DNA of 63,781 bases, filler included, from Phoronis australis (lineage: Eukaryota; Animalia; Phoronida), in NCBI GenBank assembly GCA_002633005.1. It is 5 parts of 5 records of this genome, joined end to end, with 100 filler letters (N's around TTAATTAATTAA, not from the genome) between each part and the next. Parts side by side here need not be neighbours in the genome. Positions count along the whole stretch, not along the records: positions 21,767 to 43,224 come from NMRA01000013.1; positions 43,325 to 59,605 come from NMRA01000396.1; 3 more parts are not named here. The stretch is one strand, 5' to 3'. Under the pieces are notes generated by a model, which had not been told where the DNA came from, made no database searches, and saw only the letters and a list, made by a program, of their open reading frames with translations. Of this stretch, positions 37,001 through 50,162 are shown one piece after another. The translations under genes were made by a program, and so were the position numbers. Each line of letters opens with the position of its first letter. Position 1 is the first letter of the stretch.

Positions 37001-39578
37001 TGAATCGCTTTCTAGTCATTCATGATGTGTGGTTTCTACGTCAAAACTGAGGCATCATGGGTTTGCATGTTGTAACAGTCATATTTTCATGGCTTAAATG
37101 ACAGTAATATGGATGGCTGATAAAGTGGTTCGGTGCCCTCTATCAGCGTGCTCCCAAGAGGCAAGATAAGTGAGTCACTCTAAGAGCACCATCAGGTACC
37201 ATTACATGTAGTTATATCAACAAGTGTAGTGTCCGGTGGGATAAATCTATGCTCCCACGAAAATCTTATTCAAAATTACCAGTATTTTATGACCAGGCTG
37301 CACAGAAATGAAAATAGTGCATTTGTTGTGGTTTCTATTTTTTTACAAACCAGTCTTATAGCTTTGATAAAACCTGAAGTGTTAGTTTACAAATACTACT
37401 TTGACATAATCTTAAACTTCATTCCATATAGTCAAACCTACTGTGTCTATTTCAAAGGTTATCTCTGTGTAGTTATCTCTGCATTCAGACTGCCCTACTT
37501 ACGGGCTTGCAAGCACCTTCATATAATCCTGCAGACCAGCATTGTAAAATTTTTTACAGATTTTCAGATCCAGTGGACAGGTGCTGTTTATGCTAACTTG
37601 TTCCTATCCTTTTATTGTAGTGGAGGCGAATGAAATAATGAGAAAAAACACTGCGAAGTCATGCACAGATACTTTGAAGCCTGCTGAGTCATACCCAGTA
37701 GTCTATTTGTCATATCACCAGTCAGCACAAAACAGGGTAAGCTCAAGATGTGACTGATGCCATTGTTATAGAGATTCTGAGCTATTATCACTGTTATATG
37801 CCGTTTTGCGAGATAGACATCTATTTTCTGCCTAAATTCAAAACTTGCAAAGAACAAGTGAATAATATGCAGATGCACACACCCTTGCCTTGGACACAAA
37901 TAATGGATGTTGTGTTCAAATTCAGAAGAAAATGTCAAAAGTTTTTGGACTGACAAAACGTTCCAGAAGTTCCTGTCGCGACAGCTGGATGAGAGACGAG
38001 TTCTTTGTCAGAGTAGTCTCCCCTGATGACCGAGAATGAAGGGGAATTAAAGGGAAAGTTAATAAGGTGGCTTAATTATTCTGCAGTTAGAGTTTTGCTG
38101 CGGCTAGTGGTCATAACTGGTCATTTTTGTTGTTTAAGGAATTGGCCATTTTGACGGGAAACTGGTCTGATTACTTTCAGCGTAAGGAAACACTGTAGCA
38201 GAGTGGTTGGAGCTCCGAACTCCTGCTTAGGAGAACTGAGTTCAAGTCCTGGCTTCATGGGCTGACACTCGAGCATTGCACAAAGATGCCTCTGAGCTTG
38301 GTCTTGCTTGTGAATGTATGTAAGGGTGTGAATGAGAACCTGGATATAATGTGAAAGGAATTTCTGGGGTTGTGCTCATATTTATTTTTTTTGTTACTTT
38401 CATCTGTCTTGAACTGTAAGTTGAGGTTAGATGTCTGAAAGCAGTTTTCTTCACCTATGGCCCTGTTGACAAAGTAAACTTGCGAAGGATAAACCCCAGA
38501 TACAATTGATAAGTACAGTAATCTGGTTGTGTTGACCAGGTGGAGGAAATGAAAAAGCGGCTGGTTCACGCTGGAGTGAGAGTGATAGATGTCCATCGTA
38601 CACGGAGTGGACAAGACCTGACAGGTGCCATTGGAGATGGGATAGAAAAGGCCAAGGTGGGGATCAAGTTGTAAAGAAATATTGTGCATAATATTTGATT
38701 ATTAGTTTTGTTGATGAAACTGTTTAATTTCAGTATCAGTTTTAGGTCAGTAGAGCCTCTCCGTGGTTACTTTCAAATTCGTATCGGGGATTCTGCCAGC
38801 AAGCATTGTTCAGGCTTCTCTACTTTAATGGTCAGTTTTTAGGACAGACTTAACTGATTCACGAGTCCTGTGAGTTTACCAAATTACAAAACAATATTTT
38901 AAAGTTGTTTTGTTTCTTTTAAAAATGTTTCTGTTCCCAAACGTTAGCATAAATGTGATGCCTTTAAAAAGTTAGAAATACCTGTCCATTATGACATAAA
39001 TATGCTGGCTGCAATAAACTTCATTTGACAACTTTGAGTACAATGTTTTTAGTGAATGTTTTTGTTGCTGCATTGCATGCTTGAATTTCATTAAGAAGTT
39101 GTTTTTAATGTCCATTATTTTGTGAAAAGGTACAGACTTTAGGTGCATTCATCAGCAATCAGGGTTAACACAAGTTTTGTTCTTCAAGTTTTGATTATTC
39201 TACCAGTTAATTTAACAACTTAAGAAGGAATCTATATTTTGTATTTTGTCCTATTTTGCTATTTTTCATTTTTTTATTTGAAAAAATGTAATACTGGCTT
39301 TACATTTTCCAATCATATTTCCGAAATAACCATTTTAGGTCGTTATCAGTTGTGTGACCGGGAAACATTGCACAGATGAGATTCACCAAGGGGAGATAAC
39401 TCTTGCTCACCTGCAACAAGTGCCAATATGTCCAGTATTGCTGGAACCAATGTCATGGCCACCCAAGTGTTCAGTGATGAAGATTTACGAGAGACTGCGC
39501 TTCCTGGACTTTGCTACACAACACAGCATTACGCAAGAAATGCTAGAAAGGTTACTCGCTGGTATAAAAAGTGCATAG
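28056..39578 (+). CDS. Tandem CBM4/9(CBM22)-like carbohydrate-binding modules + TIR (TIR_2-type) protein, 496 aa; exons 28056..28254, 29470..29605, 30489..30646, 32550..32756, 34571..34709, 36360..36538, 37621..37736, 38540..38656, 39339..39578
   Basis: Nine exons total 1491 nt, all introns GT-AG, phases 1,2,1,1,2,1,0,0, no internal stop. CBM1: NIIKNPDFDE..NRKHVYSGMAQDL..GNRYEFSSLVKL..DWRKLSGTI. CBM2: NLIRNPNFE..QRHALWSGVGQNL..GHRYKFSAVVRL..DWSELKGQL..MYFDGPP. TIR: VVYLSYHQ..VEEMKKRLVHAGVRV..SGQDLTGAIGDGIEKAKVVISCVTGKHCTDEIHQGEITLA..PICPVLLEPMSWPP..LRFLDF. Confidence 0.88.
31521..32230. mobile_element. Tc1/mariner(pogo)-type MITE in intron 3 of the CBM-TIR gene
   Basis: Perfect 24-bp TIR CCGTAATCGTTCGGGTTAACGCCC / GGGCGTTAACCCGAACGATTACGG flanked by TA on both sides; repeated subterminal GGGCGGTTAA. 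Confidence 0.9.
33140..33275. repeat. Short degenerate minisatellite (TGxGCAGTATTAC-like)
   Basis: Repeated GCAGTATTA / GTGCAATATAACTG units. Confidence 0.6.
34834..36143 (+). mobile_element. 5'-truncated RTE-clade LINE in intron 5 of the CBM-TIR gene
   Basis: RT motifs NHRGITLLSIPGKVF, QAGFRKGRSCSDQI, FVDFEKAFDS, VKQGCLLSPFLF, LDYAND; (TGA)n tail; 12-bp target-site duplication ATACTGAGAAAC at 34822..34833 and 36144..36155; internal stops and frameshifts. Confidence 0.93.
38188..38345 (+). mobile_element. Degenerate tRNA-derived SINE-like head in intron 7
   Basis: A-box-like TAGCAGAGTGG and B-box-like GAGTTCAAGTC at tRNA-like spacing; no cloverleaf. Confidence 0.45.
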
Positions 39579-42366
39579 ACCAGCGATGCATTCTGTAACA
39601 CTACATCAGACACTCAGGCGACACCTGTTGTGAGAAATTTCAGTTGTGGAACAGAAACTGTGAATTTTCTCCCATAATTCAACATTTCAGCCTTGTGGTT
39701 CAGTCACTTCAGTGGCGGCCGTTTTGCTAGTCTATGTTTAGATCTCAAGCTTACTTTGTAAAACACTCGCATGAGTTTGCATGATCTTACTCTACGAAAT
39801 GTTCCATAACATTCTGCCACTAGTAGAACATTCCTTGTGTAGAGGCTGATGTCGTAAAAATTATGAATAGGCTCAGAATGTGTGACATCACCTCAATGGG
39901 ACGTCTTCCATCTTGGTTCTCATTGTTATCATCGATTTAGTTAATACGGTATCCTGAATGGTTCACAAATGCTGTACCCAAGTTGAAAAATTCTTTCAGT
40001 AAAATCAAATTTTGCCTTTTTTGCCTAAGCTGTTCGGAATTTTTGATTATTGTTCGGGTTTTATGCCAAATTAATTCGCAAAACACAAGGCATTTTTTTA
40101 AAAAAACAGTGGTACGCAAAAACTAGGCATTTTAAAGCAAAATTCTAACAGCGTTTTTGAGACATAATGTAAAGTTTTCATTTAAAAAACTTTTTAGTAA
40201 AATCGGCTGAGGAGTTATTTTGCTATGAATGTAGTTTTCTTCCACATGAAAAATTGACTTAGGAAACATGGTTACATGACAATAATGAAGATGCAATAGT
40301 AAAAAGCATATTTTTATTACCCTCTATCTTTCTCGTTTCAGAAAATATATACTTTTAATGATTGACAAAGTATAGTTTTTTTTTGATATTTGACTTTAAA
40401 TTGAAGTCATTTATTAAAGTCCTAGATAACTTCAATCTACGTCATTTTATAATAATAATAATGGGAGTGTGACATAATCACTGTCTTTCGTTTACCGTGG
40501 CTGCATTCCATAGAGCAAGTTACTTGCAACAAAATTGTGTTCATACAAGAGCAGGCAGGACAATTCCAGTGAAACAGTGAGGAAGTGCAGAGGACGAGCA
40601 TAGTGCGTGCCGATGAAGTGATTGGTTAGCGAGGCTAAAACGTAGCATTATGAAACAAAATTCACTGTTTTCATTCCATAAGTGAGGACGTCGGCACAAG
40701 TGACTTGTGAGTGTCTTGCATCTTTCAACATAGTCCAAAAGTTGTGGCACATTAATTTTGAAGGCATGGTGGGTCTCCTCTTTATACTGGGTGATGTAGA
40801 ACACGCTTTTGAGTGAATAAGTTATATGAAATTGCTTTCAAATATTTTAGTTGGAATGTTGGTCCATAAAGGTTCAGTGTACACTTGGCGTTGCTTTGCA
40901 AGAGCATTATGTTTCGTTAATGCGTTAGATTTAATCTGATTGTAACTGTGCTAATGTACTCTATATTCTGTTATCATCGTTGATGATTTATGGGTAAACA
41001 GGGATTTTTTCTTGTACTATTTTTAATAACATTTATAGGAGATGTGATTTTGGTGCCACTGTCTTGCTTTTCTGGCATATTGTTGCTTTTGTGTCCCAAA
41101 AATGTATTTTTGTGATTATTGTTGGATGGGTTAGACTTTTCAATGTTATTAGATTTGACCAGAGCTGTAAAACAACATGCTGTATAGTGTTTTTGTGATT
41201 TTGTTACAAGTTGTCAGTTATCGTGGTGATTTGCCAGACATTTGCTGAAATCAATGTCAGTGTCTTTACTATTTAAATAGACTTAAAGTACTATGAACAT
41301 GTGGGATTTGGCCGTAGAGTGTTCAGCTGCTGCTGCTGCTTTAGTGGGTCCGATTCCGCGCCACTTCTAATTACTATAAAGTTTACGTTTCTTGCTGAGA
41401 ATGTGCCTTTACGTGGTCAGTTATTTGGCACTGACAGGCATAATTGCACACACTGCTGCATGCATACTATGTAATGCTGTGTAAAGGAACTGGAACTCCT
41501 GTTATCAAAGTTTTAGCTAAGACGTCGAAGTGTTTTATGAAAGTAATTTATGACTTTAGACTGAATACTGGTCCTTAACATTACCACTTCACAAGTGCTG
41601 ACGTCTTGTTTCAGTATAACAAGGAATCAAAAAGTTGTTGTAAACTTGATCACATCTCTATAATCACACTTTACCAAACATTTTCATAAACCTGTTCCAA
41701 TGAAGTGAGTGGCAGTGAAAACCAAGGATAAGACTTTTTATTAATTATTAAAAGGACCGTAAGTCAACAGACTATCAGTGCTGTCTTTGAAATTTGAACT
41801 CTTGGTCACTTTGTTCGGAGGCACACGTTCTATTGCTATTTAAAAACGTCATTGTTTGCTGAAAAGGATCGCAGTTGTTGCGGATGTTATATCTGACTTT
41901 CACAAGAGTATCATTGACATTTTGCCCTTTTTGGGCACTTGCATATATACGTGTATATTTATATGTATTCTGATTGTATTATTTCTTTACTATTTTTAAT
42001 GTGCTTTAGCATTTATTTTAATTTGAAAATTTACCAGGGTAGTCTATCTATTACGCATTTAGCACTATTTATTAATGCACTGTGTTTCTACGCATTTTAA
42101 TATACAAAAACAACTAATATACATGATTGTAATTCATTGCTTCCATATTTTGTAAATTTTACTTGTTTTTGAGGCTGAGATTCCATTTTGGCTGTACTTT
42201 AAGAGGTATGTGTTTTAATTTTTCTTGTCAGTAATATTTAAATGGCATTTCTTTAGGTAGTTGTAATTTTCTATATGCTATACCAAAATTTTCCAATTGT
42301 AATAAAATTTTGCAAATTTCGTATTGGTTCTTTAATTTATATGTTTATGTTCACCCTACATACAAA

Positions 42367-43217
42367 TCCAATTTCAAGTGTCAAATTCGGAACACGGCGC
42401 GTTTTAACGGAACTATGGCTAAGTATAGAATCTCCCGCGATATCCTAGGCGACCGGCAGCGGCGCTGTGCACTACGATTCCGTTTCCGTCGTCTGCTCCA
42501 CTGTGCAAAGAAGAAAATTTACTTCATTTTTTAAAGAAAATGGAACCTGAGTGACGATGAAAAAACAGAAGCTGCTGGTAAGATGTGAATTTTAATCGAA
42601 GCCTTAGTGAATCACTCAGAAACTCGCAATACAAAAGAAAATGGAACCTGAGTGACGATGAAAAAACAGAAGCTGCTGGTAAGATGTGAATTTTAATCGA
42701 AGCCTTAGTGAATCACTCAGAAACTCGCAACACTCTCTTTGTCAAACCTTATCTTAAGACGATTTCCAAAGCAAAGCAATCCCGTCATTATTGCCAACAA
42801 GAAAAACGAATGTGGTCTTTTGGGCATTTGAAGACTATTTTAAATACAACAAATTTGTTAAGAATCGATGGCACAAAACATGTAATAAGCATACAAAAAG
42901 AAGTAGGTTTCGCGCGCAAACGCCGTGGACCATAAACAAGTAGTTAAATCGTAGTGGTGTAGTGGTAACGCACGCGCGCGCTGTGCACCAGGTCTTGAGT
43001 TAGAGTCAGTGTTACTCGTTTTTCGTGTTTTTTTGCCCTTTTTTTCTTGGATAATACTTCAGGAATCAAGGAAAATGCTTGATTTTTAGAGGTAAAACCA
43101 GAAAAATTTCCCCCCATTCGGTGCTATGCGCATCTACAATGGTGGTTCAGTTTGCGCAAATACTTTCAGCCGGACAAAATGTTGGCCCCCCCTTGTGATA
43201 TCCTAGATCCGCCACTG
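42367..43217 (+). mobile_element. Dispersed repeat family A, copy 4, with a ~100-bp internal tandem duplication
   Basis: Colinear with 16000..16830; the segment AAAGAAAATGGAACCTGAGTGACG..GAAACTCGCAA occurs at ~42533 and again at ~42634. Confidence 0.88.
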
Positions 43218-43224
43218 CGCTAGC

Positions 43225-43324
43225 NNNNNNNNNNNNNNNNNNNNNNNNNNNNNNNNNNNNNNNNNNNNTTAATTAATTAANNNNNNNNNNNNNNNNNNNN
43301 NNNNNNNNNNNNNNNNNNNNNNNN
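43225..43324. other. Assembly gap with artificial spacer
   Basis: N run with central TTAATTAATTAA. Confidence 0.97.
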
Positions 43325-46300
43325 TTAAACCCCCTGAACCCCCCCCCCCCCTAGATCCGGCACTTGACCGAGGTAGAACAATGACTGACTCGGCAGCTCT
43401 CACAGTCAGACTATATGAAAAAAAATTGGCGCGGAATGCTTGCCTCCTAAAACGTCACTTCCGGAGTAGCTGACAAGTAATTAATAAAATTACGAAAAGA
43501 TGTAATTAAGTGGAAAATATGTCTAGGATAACCAACCAACCTTATTTTAGCTCAAAATGACATGGGAAAATGTTGCCTTCGCCTTTAAAGTATTAGCCAA
43601 AATTGCTGAAGCACCTGAAAACGTTTAGCCATTCTCAAAAATTTCTAGCTAAATAATTTTTTTCTCCAAATCCCCCCAATTACTTTTTCCATGTCATGCA
43701 CAGGTCCTTTTCATAGTGTACTCTAACATAAGGCATTAGCCTTAAGAAAAAATGATCAACATTCCAAGGTCATGTACATGTACCAACCTAATACTTTGGA
43801 CGGGATGTCACCCAACACGGGTTTGAATATGACCTTAAGATTCGGCATAGGTACCCCCTGTACACGAGATACGGTGACGTGAGAGTACGCCGGCCACACT
43901 GACATTTCATTGAGGTTGACCTAAAAAATTTGGGCATCGATTCCTCTTATCCCCTTGGTAAGGCGGGGGTACGCCAGCCCCCTGGGTATTTTTATGAACA
44001 AGACATTTAGGTCCAAAGACATTACCATAACTTGGCTTACAAAATAAAACTAAATCGTGCAGAGCAAGTCATATAAAACTCATTAAGTAAGAAATAAATC
44101 GACATTAAATTTTACTTTCTTTCGGCCGCCGCCAAATTTCAAACACGTCCCAGTCTCTCAATAGCTTTTTCATGTATTTTGATTTAATTAGATAACACAC
44201 TGCTTCTTCCCGGAGCCGTCCGCGCTTTTTACTCCTTGAAAAGAAAACCTGTCAGTGTTAAGTCTCGAACAATATTGCATGTTTCAGACAGCTCAACTCA
44301 TTTCAGTTTTGTCCCCGAGGTAATTTTATACCGTCGAACCATCTCAAACCGCATTGCAAGTGAAAAAAGTATTGAGAGACTGGTTCGGATATACCACCGA
44401 AATAGTCTTCTATTCGTCGTTTTGACATTGTCATTTGCAGACCACAAGCGGCAGCACCTACACGGGATATCGCTGAGCAGCGAGAAATTCCCACTACCAA
44501 AAGTGCTGACAGACCCCTCCTCTACACAGTTGAACATTTCGTTGCGGTAAAAGAGTGATTTTAGGAGGAGTGGTGGACATGAAATGGAACATTCGCTTGC
44601 TGTTTTTATGAGTCCGAATCGAAGTAAGCGTTTGCGGCGCAACTTGATTTGAGCTGACTGTGAGTCGAGATGCGAGAAGGTTTTCCGATATTGATTTTTA
44701 TTGCCGAGTGTCGAAAGCATTCGCCAAGATGGCGATTGGACTTAGCTGTGCCTTCGCCAGTGCCGCTCAGAATTCACCCATGGCGAGTTGGCGAGCGGAT
44801 AGCACGAGCCTACAGTAGTAGTCTAGTTCCCAGCCCAATAGCTCCCGTAGTGAACCCTACAATCTTCATTACTGTAAAGTTTTTTTTATTGAAATTTATT
44901 GAATATGATCAGGAGAACAATATTAGCTTGGTTGCATTTAGTGTAACTTTGCGCATTTTTTGCAATTCAAGATGGCGAATTTCGCCATCTTGAATTTCCA
45001 CCCACTTGGGTTTTTTCAACTTGATGACAAACAGTGTCATGTAATACATTGTTTATACCATTTTCTGTGATGGGAAGACCATTTCTGGTGTTATTTTATT
45101 AATACGGTGTCATTTCCAAGGTCAAACCAGAGGTCAAATGTCAAAACTGTCTAGCAGCCTTCTGACATTTAGTTTTTTATCTCATTATTTTTCATTTTCT
45201 TCGTTAACCTCATCAAGATATATTTTCAAAATGCTCCCTATTACATACGTGTACTATAGTGGCCCAAACATGTTGCTCACAAGTTTCATGACTGTTGTAT
45301 TGGCACAGAAGAGAAAGCATGCTTATATAGCATGGAAATACTCTCATGCCCAGTAGTTCAATGCTGGTACATGTACGTCTAGTATGGTTACTGCCCCTTA
45401 CTCCAAAAAACACTAGAGCCTACTCCGACAAAATTCTACTCCGAAGAAACCCACGTCTCCTAACATGAACGCATTTGATTCATATTATAACACTAATACC
45501 TGTACATTCGAGCACGCAGTCTAAAATGTGGGGGCTCGAATTTTTGGCAATGCGGACCGTTTACAAACAAAAACATGAGACCAAAAACGGGATATCACGT
45601 TTAGGGCTATGAATTGTGCATTCGCGCCTTTAAGTTGACATTTGTCTCGTTTACTGGGACTTTTTTGTTTTGATGCGGACCGTTTTGCCCACTTTGCCAA
45701 ATGGGGGGTCCTTCTAGCCCCTCACCCCTCCCCCCTGGGTACGCGAATGTCATATGATACATTTTCTCTCAATCTAGTGAACTTCAAAGAAGGTATTATA
45801 TACGTGTTGTTATCTACAGAGACAGTAATAATGGCAGACGTCTAATATGCCAGTAGACGCCAAGATTAAAACAGAGAAGTGGAATGGTAGTATTTTGGAC
45901 ATAATGGAACATTTCAGAGATTTGACCTGAACAAGTGCCGCCAACATGAGAGGGTACTGGACAGAGAAAAGCCCTTGGTTGAAACGAGTTGTCAAAAACG
46001 CCAATTAACCCCCTCTGAGTAGACACGGAGGTGTCAAATTGAACTTATCGCAGTCAGTGACTCGTGGTCTATTGCCGTCTTGAAGCTGTTCTCAATGAAC
46101 ACCGACGCATGGGGTGGTGAAATTTTCTCCAGAACCAGTGACTCATCAATCTCCAGTAGAAGAAGCCAGGCGGCTCCGCAAAGTTTGAAATTTACTTTAT
46201 TTTATTTTTCCAGGAGTCATAGTTTATGAATTTTCTCTAAATTAATAATAGTGCCCAAAATCAATGGCTTTTCAAAAAATATTTATATAGAAACTCTGTG

Positions 46301-46699
46301 AAAATTTAGCCTAATTTGTTAAAAATGAGCGTGTAATCCTGCTTAGAAACTCTACCACCCAACGATTAATAGTAAACGGAAAGCGTTCTTGAAGAGAGTG
46401 GCACTTGGCGAAATCGAATGAGAAACTTTTAAGTGAGTTCAATGACGAGACTGCAAACAGTAACAACCAAGTACCCAAAACCCTACGACAAAACAAAAAA
46501 GCTTCATTGTTGAATCCGTCAATAAATTGGAACTCTTCAAATCAGAGAATGGCTTGAAAACGGTAAGCCATTACAGGTTCGCCTTGAAGAGTTTTACATA
46601 CATATATGTACATACATGTGTATCAACTTTTAGAAAATTCCCTCAATCGATCACTAAGCTAGAGCTCCGCAACTGATTTTTAAAAAAGGATATTACAAC

Positions 46700-46985
46700 G
46701 CTACTTTGTGCCGATTTTGATTAACTCGAAAACGGTAAGTCGTAAAGAAAACTGAACATTTTCGATAGTTCTTGGAAAGATCTATCCAAATCCGAATTTC
46801 CGAAAAAAATTCCAGCGACAACGGATTTCTGGCTCGCCAAACAAAAATTGAAAAAGGCAGCCACGGCGCAATCTTTCGCCTAATTTCAACCAAAAACAAT
46901 AGGGTTCGAGCCATTTACAAAACACATGTTATGTTTATATTTATGTTGATGGGATAAGAAATGCGACTTCTACCTTGCGTACAAA
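46700..46985 (+). repeat. Helentron-associated/pearl-like repeat core
   Basis: Aligns with 21840..22020 (AACCAAAAACAATA.G.TTCGA.CCATT.ACAAAACACA.GTT.TGT). Confidence 0.5.
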
Positions 46986-49198
46986 AATTATGACATTCCT
47001 CGTAGTAATAAAGTACACATTAGAGAATGGGCAATGTTTGAGAACAATGAAGGATAGTCTGGTTTCAAAACAGCAGAAGGCAAAATGAGTATCTTGGGAT
47101 GATAAAGGAAGCTTTTCATCAGAAATTTAAAAAAAAAATCTGAAAGTTTTCCCATTTTGAACTTGTGCTGTGACACCATGTCTACTTAAAAAAGAAACGT
47201 GAATACTGGCTCGTATTACTATTAGCTTAACAAAATGAAGCAAGAACTATAACAGGAACATTTTTACACCAGATGACATTTCTAATAGTAAAATTTATGA
47301 ACAAATAATGAACTTTCATACTAGAGTAATAATATTTGATAGGGATCTAAACTTTGCTCCCAAAACTAATAAAAAATCACATACTTTTATCCAAAAGACA
47401 CCATGAACACTCTCGAGCAGTGTCACCGACCTTGCCTTCAATGCATGTGATGAATTTGAAATACTTCAACACTTTATTTGATCTTGAATATTACGCTTCC
47501 GGTACTTAGGGTAAATATGGAGCGCCTTTGATCAGCCACAATTTAATTGATTCTGTTCTACACGTTCTATGCAATTCTAAAGAAGCAGTTGACTGGCTCA
47601 TTTGCATTAATTGTCAAATCAATGATTTTTAATTATCGAAATTGTGCTATTGGTTTTGACAATATAGACATTCTAGCCACAAACCGATGCCTTTAGTAAT
47701 TGATCATACAAATCTGTTGTATTAGCTGTACGTACATGTGGCTTTCTTGTTGTTTTAACAAAAAGAAATACATTTTCCATGTCTGTGTTCGTGAGGTGCC
47801 CTGGAAACCATTGCTGGGTTATAAAAATAGTTCTATTATATATGTTTGATAAACCAAACAGACATTTTCTATTCTTCAACACTTTTCCGTAAGCTGCGTG
47901 CGCAGCTTGGTGTATTGTTGTAATATGGTGTCCGAAATATAAGGTTACCATGGCAACGGTAAACACATGAGCTTGGCAACTCCCCTATGTTTTAACAAAG
48001 GTCACTAAAATGCTTCGAGCATGGTGACCTGCTGTTGAAATCTTGACGGTCAAAATGCTTGTTTACCATGGTAACGATACCCAGTTCACTCCAAGCAGAC
48101 TGTGCTTGGTCACGTGATTCTAACATGAGTTTTTCGTCAAAACCTGAAATGGCTAGTTTTGGGTGGGAAAATACATGTACTTGGGTATTATGACAACGGC
48201 ATATATTTTAACTTGAAGTCTATATAAAAAGCCAGTAGATTTTAAAAATCAGTCTATATATCAAAATTCAAAACAAATTCAAATTTTGTAAATTGCTACG
48301 TATCCTAAGAAAAATCTTAATGCCACATTTTGTGGACTCAATGGCCCCTTATTTCGCGGCTGAACCAATAAACCGCAATCGGTCTTATTAGCCGTTGCGC
48401 AAATTGTATGTTTTCAGCAACAAAAATAAGTAACTTGCAAAATATCCTGAAAGTTGTTCTTTGGTGGCTGGAGTAACCAAAGTAAACTGCGTATAGTAAT
48501 TTGGCATTCATTCAAATTTGACAAGTTTGTGCTGTACAGGGGAGACAATCCACAGACCACTTTTCCTAGGAAATTTCAGTGGTTATTTTCGTTCCACTCT
48601 TACCGCCATATTGCACCTTGTAGCTTTAGGTAACTTTTTGAACGTACAGCTAAAGAGTAATCTTGATGATTAAATAAAAACCATCTAAGCTAACTTTACA
48701 TTTTGTTGAGAATTTTCTTGCAAAACTGTATATTTTGAAAATGATAAAGTGAATTTACAGACCATGCGAAGGAAAATATGAGCAAGAATTTGTAATTAAA
48801 TTGTTATAAAAATCAAGTCTAAGATATTTCAATTGAAAACAGGTTGTTTTCTGAATGTATTGCGCGATCAGTATTAAAAATTGAACCCCGTGACCTTTGC
48901 CCAATGAGTAAGTTGGAATTGAGTTTGAAGATATATATATAATTATATAAAACTTGTACTTGTAATTATCTTGTTTTCTTCCCTTAGCAGGTGAATTCAA
49001 TCACTCTATAGATATTTTAAATAGAAATAAAACCTTTGAATTCTGAACTTGTAAGAAATATTATTTGTAAAGACAGGTCGAGGGTATCATGTGCTTAACA
49101 TAGGCGGACTTAGGGGGCCCAGGGGGCCGGGCCTCCCCCGCGAGCACCTTCCCCCTTCCCGTCGACAACTCAAGTGGCACACCCACGCCCCCCGGTCN

Positions 49199-50162
49199 CA
49201 CCCCCCCCCCCCACCCGTTGCTACGCCCCAGAGGCAGTCCATCGGTGTGTTTAAGTCCAAAGCGCTACTTGTGTTGAATTTTGTTTACCTGGTGTCTGTC
49301 ATGAACTAAGTCATTATTAAAGTCGTCTTTCATGATTTGTGTTCTATTGGCCTTAAATGTTTGCCGCATAGCCAGAAATGTTAGATACTGGGGTGACCGG
49401 GTGGGGGTGCAAACGCCAAGTTTCTGGCGACCGGTGGACACTAAAATTTGTAGCAACGTGCGGGGACATTACATTATAAATGCAAAATTACAACGAGTTT
49501 TGACAGAGTTGTCTAATTTTTTGCACTGAACGGATGGCCATAGCCCCCTTGGGTGCCATCCCCTTCCCTTTGCCAGTAACTCCTACAACGAAGATAAAAA
49601 CCAAAGCAAGGGAGATTCGGCTTCTAGTCGCATGCACAGTCTCAATGGAAACAAATACCAACGCCATNCCCCTTCGGCAGGCGCAGCACCTGCACCCCCC
49701 CCCCCCACCCGTTGCTACGCCCCAGAGGCAGTCCATCGGTGTGTTTAAGTCCAAAGCGCTACTTGTGTTGAATTTTGTTTACCTGGTGTCTGTCATGAAC
49801 TAAGTCATTATTAAAGTCGTCTTTCATGATTTGTGTTCTATTGGCCTTAAATGTTTGCCGCATAGCCAGAAATGTTAGATACTGGGGTGACCGGGTGGGG
49901 GTGCAAACGCCAAGTTTCTGGAGACCGGTGGACACTAAAATTTGTAGCAACGTGCGGGGACATTACATTATAAATGCAAAATTACAACGAGTTTTGACAG
50001 AGTTGTCTATTTTTTTTTCACTGAGCGGATGGCCATAGCCCCCTTGGGTGCCATCCCCTTCTCTTTGCCAGTAACTCCTACAACGAAGATAAAAACCAAA
50101 GCAAGGGAGATTCGGCTTCTAGTCGCATACACAGTCTCAATGGAAACAAATACCAACGCCAT
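49199..50162. repeat. Near-identical tandem duplication, period ~494 bp
   Basis: 49199..49666 and 49694..50162 differ by a few substitutions; single N bases sit at the junctions. Confidence 0.9.

Noticed and set aside
44236-44993. Overlapping 100-140 aa ORFs
   Set aside because: No recognisable domain or splice structure; they lie in repeat-like sequence.
47944-48080. RFX X-box-like GTTACCATGGCAAC motifs
   Set aside because: No gene start nearby and the surroundings look repeat-derived.
49199-50162. Tandem gene duplication implied by paired identical ORFs
   Set aside because: ORFs have no recognisable protein features; near-identical copies with N at the junctions suggest an assembly or haplotype artefact.
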